From Podarcis gaigeae (lineage: Eukaryota), in NCBI GenBank assembly GCA_964106915.2, contig OZ066915.1: DNA of 64,000 bases. One strand, 5' to 3'. The first letter of the stretch is position 1. Every line of letters starts with the position of its first letter. Positions 34,308 to 46,400 of the stretch are shown here, one piece after another. The position numbers were made by a program, and so were the translations under genes. The notes beneath the pieces were generated by a model, which saw only the letters and a program-made list of their open reading frames with translations, had not been told where the DNA came from and did not search any database.

Positions 34308-37300
34308 ATCTAAAGTATGCCTTTAACTGAACAGAAATGGATCAAACTACTGTATCTTTGTGCTGGTGTGTAGAAATTTAACGCGGAAGCAAAAGCTTCT
34401 GATTCTTCCTTGCAGCTGTGCTGGAGGACAAAGGGAAGAGAGGGAGGGGAATAGCATGACTTTTGAACCAGGCCAGTACCTGCCACCACCACCAAAATAA
34501 ATGATATGTAGACAAAATACGCAGTTCTGAAGCATCCCATTGCTAATATATTTAGTGAATTCACTCTGACATGCATTCCATGTGGTATAGATTTAGGTTT
34601 GAACTATGAAGCTTAGGAGCAGGTCTTGGGCAACTCACAATCCTTTACCTTACCTCAACAGGAGTGCCAACTTAGCCCCTTGACCCCTGGCACCAAAATT
34701 TGTGGTTGCCCAGCCCCTTTATGGGGAATTTTGTGGGTGCTCCGGCACCCAAGGCCCCAGGGAGTTGGCACCTATGCCTCATAAAATTATGTGGACTGAA
34801 TGAGATAATGCTATGTGTTCTTTTAAATTATTTATCATAGATACTTCCAAATCGCTTACACCTTCTTGGAGGAAGGGAAAGAAAAATAGGAAGTTGCTAA
34901 CAATAGATGATGCGGAGTCACATTTTATAAGGAGTCTCACTTTGGTGCTGTCTGCAATTGAAGAAATAACTGTTACTGAAGGTTGCTCTTTCTTTACAAA
35001 TATGTTATCACTGAACAGTTTGCCAAGGACTCACAAATAAAAATGGGTTTAATGTGCTAACAAACAATGTATCTGTCTCCACTTGTGTGTGCCCACTTCT
35101 TGCATAAATATATTTTATTGTAGCACTAATAAGTTGAGTTCAGAAATGAAAAGTACTTTTAAACATTTCTTCTGGATTTTGTTTTTCCAGTGCTGCCACT
35201 GACAGCTGTTAATAAGAGAGAATGATGAAGAGGTAATTTGTCTATTTTCTCAAAAAAAGAATAGTATAGCCAGTATTAAATTTCATAAGCAGTGATCCAG
35301 AAGGGCATGGATGCATGTGGCCTTTTTTTGAGTGTTCCCTCACAGAAACTTTGCCCCTCCCCACCAAAGCCTGTAAATTAGTAACTGAACTTCCAAAATT
35401 GAAAACAATGAGGGGATTTGGCACGAAAATGGGAATTGGGGGGGGGGGGATTTAAAGCAGCAGGTCCACCTGCATCTGTCTTGACTGGGGCTATAATTGT
35501 GCATTATTACTATTGTCACACTACCACATACATGCTCCAGCCTTTTGCTTCCTTTCCTTCTGCTAAGGATGACATTAATAGAATGGCAATTAGATAGATG
35601 TACAGTATACTCAGCAAACACTACAGACTACAGGGAAATATTTTGCCAGGAGATAAGATTTGGAGGAAATGATATGCTGAAGACTAGGAAGAAGAGAGTT
35701 GATTTTGCTGCCCATGGACTTGCCACTGGTTTTTGCCACCTGTAAAAGAGTATTACATGCAGAAAACGAAGCTATGCACACAGCTGTTTGACTTTCAAGG
35801 AAGCCTTGAAAGCTAGTCCTTTGTTTGGAAGGTTACAGAATTTTAATTGACAATTTAAAGTATCTAATTTCTTTCTTAAGTCAGTGAAGTTTATCTTCAT
35901 TTACACAACAGTCTAATATCAATACCGAGCAAAATGCCATATGGACATCAGAAATAATACAATAAAGCTATCTTATATGTAACCCAAGTAGTTAACAAGT
36001 GAAGCAATGTTAACTTTATAGTCTATTTTTGTGTGTATAGTATGCATCTTCTACCATGTGAAGAATTGTACACTGTTTAAAGCATTAACTGCAGTTTTCC
36101 TAGAAGACTTTACAAGTAGTAATAATAGAAATAATACACATTATTGCTAAAGATTCAGAGGATAGCAATCCAGAACCCCTCTTCTACCTTACACTAACGG
36201 AGAGCACCATGCCATCCTTACACAGGTGAATTCTGATCAGTAACGCGAACCAGCACTTTGGAATAGAATTACACCCCATCTCTGGGAATGAGGGCTTAAA
36301 CTCTGAATTAGGATGAAGCCAATTAGCACCAAAATAAAACGGGATAGGAAAATCCAGGCTTCCTAGGTTTTATTCAAACCGCAAAGTATTATGTCCCTTG
36401 GTTCCTATAAACGTGTGCTTTCATCTTAGTTTTGTGCCTAGTTGATCACTGTCACTGCTTGCTGGTGTTCAAACAAACATGACGCTGAGGAAACTGTCAT
36501 ATAAGGCATTAGCTAAATGTTCAGAGGCGAAAGGGTTCAAATGCTTCCATGAAGCTGAAATCTCTTTCCATGAGTCAACATTGCTCAGTCAGTTCTGCAG
36601 CTGCTCCCAACTATGCTTGCCAACTCATAGAGAACTGCTGTGCTTTTCACAGCCAGAGCCAGGAGCCATTAACTCCACTTCTGCTGCTCTCCCTTTTTAC
36701 CTCAGTACCTTCCAAGCAATATACTTCTACTTAACATGTTCTGTAGCCTTTACTTCTTAGGTAGCATGCCTCCTGGATGCTCCTGGGTCCATCCAGCATC
36801 AAAACATCATTGCCCGAACCTTTCTATACTCATTGTATGCTTGTGAAAACATTTTCGTTAACATGGCCTTTTAAAGAAAAGATTTGAAACCTGGAGCGTG
36901 AAGAGTTTCGCCAGTGTGGTGTTTGGCAGAGGAAGCAAACCGGTGGAAGTTAACCTGTATCCTTCCAGATTCTGTTGGACTCTAGCCCCCATCAGCACCA
37001 ACCTGAGATGACGGGGTTGCAGTCCAGCAACATCTGAATGGCTCCCCATCCCTAAAGTAAACAAACTGTGTGTATGTGATCCCATTGGCAGCACAACAAC
37101 AAGGGGGGTATAGAACATTATATAGTTGCATAAATGGATGAACAGTTTTGGCTGTGCTGCATGAAATGAAATTGCTTATTGCTACAAATATAGGTTCAAG
37201 GTAGGCTATGTGTGGGCATGCTTAGGTTCTTGAAATTAGTAAGCTCTTGTTCAATATACCAATGGTAAATATGCAGGATACTCCACTAGCAGTATTTTCT

Positions 37301-38695
37301 CCTTTGATTTGTGCTCATACCCACAATCCACTGGGACTTAGTTGCATTCCAATCAACTGCTAGAGTTCCATGCTTTTTGTAGCCATTGTGTTTTGATTTG
37401 GACAGAAGTTTCTCAGGCACACGAAAGAAATGTGCCTGTTCTCACTTTATGCTTTGCTATAAGGGGGTCACTGATGTAACACTGGTGCACCTTTGTTTAC
37501 TGCATAAAATATGGAGATTCTCCTAGACACCTTTACTTTGGAGAACTGAAACTGAAAGAGTTGTTTCCATGACCAAGTAAGTGACCAAACAACCACTGAT
37601 GCTATTAATGAACTCCTGTGCTTCTGACCATCGGTAGTTTTATTTGGGAGGTGCTTACACACCAATGAAGATACTCGTCCTTGAGTTATGTACTTGGTTC
37701 TGCATATGGGAATGGGGGAGCAAAGTACAAAAACAGAGCTCCAGTTTATCAGTACTGATCCGGCAAGCCCTGCCAATTCAGGGAAGCAAGCACTGGACTT
37801 CATACAGGAATCCCTTCCCAGTTTGCAAACATGAGCTGGCACTCATGGACTGTGGCTGTGGAAGAGGTTTTAATCAGCACTGGTGTTATGCTGCAAATCT
37901 GTAAAACTGAGATGAATATTGTACTGTTTCCTCTGTGTGTGTTTGTGTGTAATCTGTATGATATGTGAGGCACTACAAGTTTTTCCAATTCCGCAGTAAT
38001 TACAAAAGTTCCCGAAGAGAATCAACCCGCTTTAAGTCACAGATTGTAGAATGATAAGCAGAGGTTCTCCCGGTGACAAAGTTTTCTACATGTGGAAAAA
38101 GCTGCCACAGATGACAGAGGTGATCCTAACGACCAAGAACGTAACTGTTTTCTTCAAGGTGGAGGTATGTAGCAGCATGTGTGGTTACGTTTGTGTTGTA
38201 TTTCCGGGTTGGAGGTTCCTCCGACATTCATCCATAAGCCACCGTTTGTCTCATTTCTATGGCTGCAACTTCTTTTTCTTTTTCATTTTCTCCTCCATTT
38301 CTATCTGTGGCTATGTGCAACAGAATTGCAGAGTTGAAAGCCATCGGTTGAGAAGAGGGGAAGTTCCTTCTCCCATGCAATTAGGCACACAAGGCATAGT
38401 TTCTCAGTGCTGTTATTCCACACGGTAGCGTTAGCAGCAAGTAACAATCATTCCCAATTATTTCAGAGTGTCCAGTTATAAAATAGTTGTTGGTTATGTA
38501 CGCTTGTCCTATGGGCCTTGGAAACGTTTATATCTTTTAAAATCCATACATGAAAGCATCCAGTATAAAAAGGTCAATATATTACTGTTGAAGAGTTATT
38601 GTTTTTTTTGTGACTTCCCCCCTCTTTTTTGTATAAAAATTAGAAAAAGATCAAAATATATCACACTATTATTTACACAGTCCATGCTTGGAGGA

Positions 38696-40437
38696 TCACT
38701 GTAAAAGAACACAAACATGTTTTAAAAAACACACACACGGGCATAGCATGCATCTCACTCATCTACTGCAAGACAGTGTTTGCAACTATTTGTTGACATT
38801 GCTGACTTCAATTTTTTATTATTATTATCATCATATATTGCATGGTTTAAACTCCCTAAGTGCAATCTTAAATGAGGATGTGGAGGCAGTAAAGTAGATG
38901 ACTTATCTACTTTTTCCAAAGCTGTACCAGTGTGTATTATCCAAGGTGGAAGGTAGGCAATGTAATTATTCCATCTAGCAGTGCTGATTCTTTTTCTTCA
39001 ATTCTCGCCATTTTCTTTAATTCTCGCTTTTCGGAAAATTTTTGGAGGGCCTCTTGAGGGAGTTAATGGGCTTTGGATTCAGTCAACTGAAGGCCACCTC
39101 TGCCCTGCTTCTGCTGAGTCCATTCTTTCCCTAAAATGCTCCATTTGGGGGCCTAACACTAGCTACTGCTGGTAGAAATACCACTTGCAATAGGCCTATG
39201 GAAATCTATGCCTGCAATAGATCTATGTCCACATGCTTTCCTTGCAGGTAGAAAGACAGCTCCATTCTATCTTTTCCAGTCAGTAGATCTGAGGGATTGC
39301 TCTGCCCTTGCTTAATAATGCTTGACATGTGTAATGATCTCTAGGTTGCTTGTGCAATCCTCCTGTTGGTTTGGACGGCTTTCCTCTCTACCATAGCTTG
39401 AAACAGAAGCACCACCCAGTCATTTGCTGCCCTTCTTTGTATATGTAGCCCTGAAAACAAAACACTACAGGAGAAAGCTGCAGAGAGACTCTCAGAAAAA
39501 GGTTGGTTGGACATAGGAAGAGTTACAATAATAAAGAAAAAAGGACACTAGGTTGTTTTGTTTTCGCCTCTCACATAAGAGCTGAGCTAAAATGGGGGAA
39601 CTGACTTTTGTACATGGCTTTATGCCCATTGAAAGGTGTCATATAGGTGGGGGAGCATGAAGTATTTGCAGAAAGAGTCTCAGCAGCCATGGCAGAAGAG
39701 CCATTTCCCCCTGTTTAGCTATACTGTATGGAAATCCAAAATCGATGCAGCTCTAGTATTAAAACCTGACTCAGAAAAATAACTTAAGAAGAGGGTGATG
39801 GTGAGGGCCCACTTTCAGCTTCTGCTTCTCATGGAAATTGCTGCCTGCCAGCACAAGTTTAATGCTGTGTGATTGTGGCCTGCATTCAAGGACACTGGTT
39901 TGCCACCATCATGGGCAGCTCTGCCCTAAATTTACACTAATCTAAATGTGATTTAAAAAAAAAAATAGCATAATGCGGACATGAAAGCAAGATGCAAAGT
40001 CAGCATTAAAATGGAAATAAAACCAGATTTATTTGCCAGGCATAGAATCAAAAAGATAGAATCAAGCAGGAATAAGTTGGCATATTTCCTGACCAATTAA
40101 TTTTAGTTATAATTTCATAAGCAAAATGCTGAGTTTCTTGTCTCTTTGGTCTAATCCCTCTATGATGGCTATATTAATATGCGGGTATTTAGCAAAGATA
40201 TCTACATTTGCCTCAGTTCATTTTCTCCCCCTTTCCCCCCTTTTCCTTTACAAAATAGCTCTCTTATGTATTAGTTCCATGCTATTACTCTTGCTAAGCA
40301 ACAATCTTAATTCAAGCCAAAGAGAAAATCTAAGGTAGGGTACGATACCTTGTGCCAACATCCTGGTACTGGTAATCCATCTGGTCCCTGCAAAAAGTAA
40401 GTAACAATTTTGTATTCTTGGAAAGTATCATAACAGC

Positions 40438-40481
<44 letters not shown>

Positions 40482-43400
40482 ATTTATGATGGATGTGCAA
40501 GACCTACCATTACCATAAACGTATTGGAAATCTCCATGCAAAAACCATGTGCTGTGTTTAAAAAGTAGGTATGTAGGAACAAATCACATCCCATGTATTA
40601 ATTTCACAAATAAAACAATTACGCGAATTCATAAACAATTGCTTTAAAAATTCATCAGCTCTGTATTAAAACAAATTTAGTTTTTTGATTTTAAGATGTT
40701 TTGTTTCATGCTGTAATATGAGTTTGATGAAGGGAGGAAAGAGCTATACAAGGATAAACTCAATACCAATATAAGTAAAATTATTTCAGGCAACTCTCAG
40801 ACAGTATCTCTTAGCTTAACTCTGTGACACGGGAGACTGACTGGTGAATGGCTGTCTTTCAAAATGGGAAGTACATTGCCAATGGACAAGCAGAGGCATG
40901 AACATCTTCCCTACCTATCTTAGGTAAAGCATTCTTTGTGTATGATCCATACTGTTTCCAGGTTTAGTTTCTGGCTATCAGTTGTAAAATACTTTCCTTG
41001 CTTGCAAACCATTTTCTTTCTTGCGACTCGGCTACACAGGTCAATTTATAATGTTAAAAATGCATTATAAAAAGTGACACTAGATGGTGCTGTAGAGCAG
41101 AATCTAAAGTCAATGGCAGATACCTTGGGATTGTTGTCCCCCCACCCATAGCATTTTAAGGGCATATTTTTATATCTGTATAGATCCAGCAGTGCTCTTG
41201 AGGGGGGTGGAATAGGCTCGCAACATCAGAATAACTCTAGCCTATGGAATTGGCTGATGTGATAATGTATGCAAGCTGGTCATTCATTCAGAAGTTAACA
41301 AGACAGGGAGAGTGCTTTAGATAATTGAAATGTTAAAATCATTTGTGGCATCAGATACATAAATAGGCATAGCTGCCGATTTCAACCTGTGCGCTCTGAA
41401 ACTACTCAAACTTATTTGCACAAAGAACGTGTTTCAAACCCCATGACATCCAGGAATATGTGGCTGAATGACACACACATACTAAATGTTTGTGCAAATT
41501 CATATCAGTTTAAAAAAGTTTTTCTCCCTCCGCCATTCCAGGTATTTAACTGCCTGGTCCATGCATACAACTTGCTAAGCTTATAGCAGCCAGACTCTAG
41601 AATTAAAAAATACATAAGCATTTAGTTTCACAACGTGGCATGAATCTGGGTGGAATGAACTGGAGCGTGCCCTGGCTTGTGAAACGTCAGTTCTTCCATA
41701 TGTCTGTACAACTTTTGGTCTTTCACAAGTCATACAGACACCTGACAAATTCTGGCCACATTTTCCTATAAAGGAATGGAGGTTCCAGAGGGAAAGGAAG
41801 GGAGGAAGCGGAAAAAGACTATGTTATGCAAGAAAAGGGCTAAGTTATGCAGAAAAAGTCATGCAAAAGAAGAAAGAAAGGGGGGGATACTATACCAAAG
41901 GGCAGAGCATATCCACACCATCCAGTTCAGGTAAACCTGGCTCCCCTTTAAAAATGAACTGTTAATTGAAAATGGGGAAATATACAGAAAAGTTTATAAG
42001 AAAGCAAAAGGAAAGAAGGAACAGAAAAAAGTAAAGAAATAATTCAGAAGCTTACAGAAATGTTAAGCATGGGGGATCTCTGACCTGGAGGGCAAATGTG
42101 GTCCTCCAGGCCTCCCTTATCCGGCCCTTTGTACTCTCCCCAGGCCACCCCCTCACTGGCCCTGTCCCACACCCTCTTGGGCTGCTTTCCTTGTGTCCTT
42201 CAACTGTAAGAATGCCTCTTACTTGCCTGGAGGTAGGGTAGACAGGTGTGTGTAGAACGTCTGACTTTTGCATGGCCAAAATGCAGCCAAATTAAGAGTC
42301 GCAGCCTAATGTAAGAGTCACATCCAGCGCTCCAACAATTTTCGTCTGTGGGCACACCCACTGGCATGTGACTCCCGCATGCCTGTCCATGATATTCAAG
42401 ATATTTAAGGATGCCCCACCCCTTTTGTGATGTTTTTTGGTCACTTCTGGGTTTGGTACTTTGTATGCGGTTGCCTGCCAACCTAGCAGTTCGAAAGCAC
42501 CCTTGGGTGCAAGTAGATAAATAGGGACCGCTTTCTAGCGGGGAGGTAAACGGCGTTTCCGTGTGCAGCTCTGGCTTGCCAGAGCAGCGATGTCACGCTG
42601 GCCACGTGACCCAGAAGTGTCTTCGGACAGCGCTGGCCCCTGGCCTCTTGAGTGAGATGGGCGCACAACCCCAGAGTCTGGCAAGACTGGCCTGTACGGG
42701 CAGGGGTACCTTTACCTTTTACCTTTTATGCGGTTGCGCATATATCGGACACACCAAAAATGGTCACTGCCTGTATACAGGACTGAAATAAATCAAAAGT
42801 GGCTTGAAGAACGAACTATCTGTTTGTGCCTATTGTGTGCTTGGTTTCTGTTCTGTCTTCCTACTGTTAAGCTCAGCAAGCAGTCACATTGTTTTTTCAT
42901 GGGTTTCTTTCTTTGATTGCTGATTTGCATATGAGGTGCCTTTCCCATTTTGTGTCTACCCTAAAACATGTACGCCAAGAAAGTGACGTTCCAGCACCAT
43001 GATAAAAAGAAAGACCAGTGAAATGGAACCATTGGCCTTCTGCCGTTATCCAAGTTCAAAGTCGTCTGCCTCCAGAAACCTTTTTGTGCTTCAGATGTCA
43101 AAAAGCAATGGAGCTAATTTAAAGCAAACCTATATTCCCAGCAATATCAAACCATACCACTGGACAAGGCTGATCCAATCCAGGCGGCCCTGGCTCTCCC
43201 TTTTGCCCTTTTGCTCCTTTTCTACCTGGAAGTCCTCTTTCTCCCTGTGACACAACAGAAAAATCAAAGCTCTTTTATAATATGAAAGATTGGAGTGAGA
43301 GAAATACCACTTGTTAAGTCCTGAATTTAGCGTCCACCTGTTTGCATTGTGTTATAGACTTATATAAGTGGCTTACATATCATGTGACAGCTCAAATATA

Positions 43401-46400
43401 ATGTACAGAAATTAACAGAGAAGCACCGGAAAGAAAGAATAACCTGCTGTGTGAATGCAGTCCATGAGTGGTCACTTAAGAACAAACATGGCTAGCACTC
43501 ATGGTTCATTTGGTGAGCAGCAACCTACTAAGCTGCCTGGGTTTGGATGTAGTGCTTAGCCAGACTATGGTTTTGCTCTTGGCAGCATGGCAGCGGAATC
43601 AAGAGTAGAAGAGAAGCAAAGTGGGACATCAAGAACAAACCTGGTTACTGCTCATAATGCTTTATACTTTTGCCTTGCATATGCATTCACCTACAAAACC
43701 TGGCATATGACCACATACTATTTCTGCAAATTTGAACTAGCTTCAATTGAACAAGATATAGTTGGGCTCCCCTGTCCTCAAAGATTAAAGGTGAAATATA
43801 TGGCCCTGTTCAGATATGCAGTAAATAGATCTCCAGTATTAAAAGACTCTATAATGACAAATCATCTAGTGATATCTAGTACCATTTATGTAGATGAGGG
43901 CCAACATTTATTTTAGGGGATGTTGTCAGTGAGTATGGACTTTTTGTGTGTGTGAACAGATGAATTAGAGGCAGACATTTAGCTCAGTGAATTAGAAGCA
44001 ATACAGACCTTTTCTCCTCTCTCACTTTTTTCTCCTTTTTCTCCTCTTAGGCCTGGGAAACCCTATAACAGCAACATGGAAAAAAAGTATGTGTTTAGTG
44101 CCAAATAGTTCTGGTAATGAGGAAAAGGAAAAACAAGGATGTTGTTGTTGTTTTTTAAAAGCAACCACTCTGAATTGAGGCAATGAAACATTTTCAGAAA
44201 AAAGTATGTGCATGTTTTGTACTAGTACTGTTTGTTTATTTCTTGCACCCCACTCTTCCTCATACAAAGCCCAGAACAGCTTAACACCATTTATCAAGTT
44301 CAGCATTAAAAACAAAGCTAGGCCGTGATTCACTACAAAGTGCAAAAAAAATATCACTTGGGATATTGCTATTAAAACATTTATCCTGATGAAGCACAAG
44401 GATGTTGCAGATCTTATACTACTACTCATATGTGGCCCAGGGACACCCCTTTCACCTTGGTATAAACCAAGGCTGGATCTACATTGACCTTCTAAACGTT
44501 ATTGAACTGAACATTCTCTAAGGTTCAGTGGCAGTTTCCCTTTGTCAGTGGTTCATTGCTCTGCAGCGCGACAAGTGTAGATCCACCCCAAATCAGGCAA
44601 TAGGTCCACCTCAGCAGTACTAGCATCTGTTATGATCGCAAGGGACTCTTTAGGATTGCTGGTAGAAGTTGTTTCTGACAATGCAACCAGAGACCCTTGG
44701 CCAAGAAAGGCGAATCCTAACCTGAGATGAAAGCATTTGCCCTGCTACACAGTCATGACCCCTCCCTCTACTAATCATTTATAACGCATGAAAAAATCTG
44801 TTTAATTGCTTCCTGCATTGTCTGCTGACATACAGATAGTATAGATAGTATACTCATTACTTACATCTAATCCGGGTTCCCCTGGCTTTCCCTAGGGTTA
44901 AGAGAAAGAAACGGAGACAGTTAACTGGTGAGAGTGGGAAACCACAGGATTCAACTAATGGGTCCCGTCAGAGGAAGTCCTGCGCAAGGACTTATGCTTG
45001 TGAAATGGGGCTTCTCCCCTCCTCACCCTGTACAAACAATTTCAGTGCTGCCCTGAAATTGGCTTGCGGGTGGGGGTGGTTGGGATAACGTCCACAACAG
45101 CACACAGAGGGAGGATATCATTCTGTCTGTTAAGCCAAAATGCTTCCCCTGATGGAACAACTGCCTTAGTGCGATGTTGAATTTCTCTCCATGTTAAGTG
45201 GGTTACATTTATGTTAAGCAGATACCTAGCTCCCTCCCATTGAAATCTGTAAGTATTAAAAGTGCTTTGCTGACTGGGTTCTGGCCCCTGTGTACAGCAT
45301 CTGGACAACACACATATTTTTGTTTTAACACAACTTCTGTAATTTTAGTAACACAAAACAACCAAAGAGGAAATACTATTATTGTGTTGTTGTTTTTCCA
45401 TTTTCCATTTTTTCCATTTCCACAGACGAATCGTTTAAAAAACAAAACAAAACAGAAAACTGCAGAATTTCACCACTGACTCAGATATGATGTCTATAGT
45501 TCGGACAAGCTAATCACATGCACTTTTACACTTTTACAGCAGACGATCAGAATTATCACTGCTGCAACTCTCTGCAACACTGATGGGAAGTCTCTGAGAA
45601 AAAGACCACACAATAATTATGAGGTTTCAAAAAGGTGTCTGAAATCTGTTTTAAATTTCCATGTAGGGCTCAATAACTATTCTTATCAAATTCTCTACCA
45701 TTACAATAATACTTAGAAAACAATTTAAGTTTGCCTGTAAGGAACTTTTATGTAACACAGAAGCTTTCTACTTCATTAAAATTTAGTAGTTTCAAATAAA
45801 ATAAAATACAGTTATGAGTCATTTCGTATCCCTTTGGAGGACTGTGGTGGATGAACGCGTTAACCCATTTCCCATAACAGATCCATATGCGTTCTTACCT
45901 TCTCCCCTTTGGTGCCTGGTAAACCGATAAGCCCAGGAGTACCAGCAGGACCCTAGAGAGAAAAGAAAACTACTATAAAAAGGCTTGGAATATTGCTATC
46001 TGCTTTTTGCTTTCTAATGAAGCACAAGGATGTTGCAGATTTTATACTACTACTCACATGTGGGCCAGGGACACCTTTTTCACCTTTATGACCACTTTCA
46101 CCTTTTGCACCCTTTGCACCATCTGAGCCCTGTATAAAAACAAATACATTTATTAGGGTTTCAACTAGTTGGTTTTTTAAAAAATCACTTGCTTTATGCC
46201 CAATTCATTTTTTTCAATTAAGTTAAAATAAAGTTTCATGTTATCAAAATTTCACTCAAGGTATCTTTTAAAAATACTAAAGGAAATGCAAGTCAACATA
46301 CAAATAAAAGCTCCCTATTATAATAATACACCAGATCAAGAGCACGCAGTACCAGCCTTGGCACCTGTTTAGAGGGGAACAAGAGATTGCAGGGTGGGGA

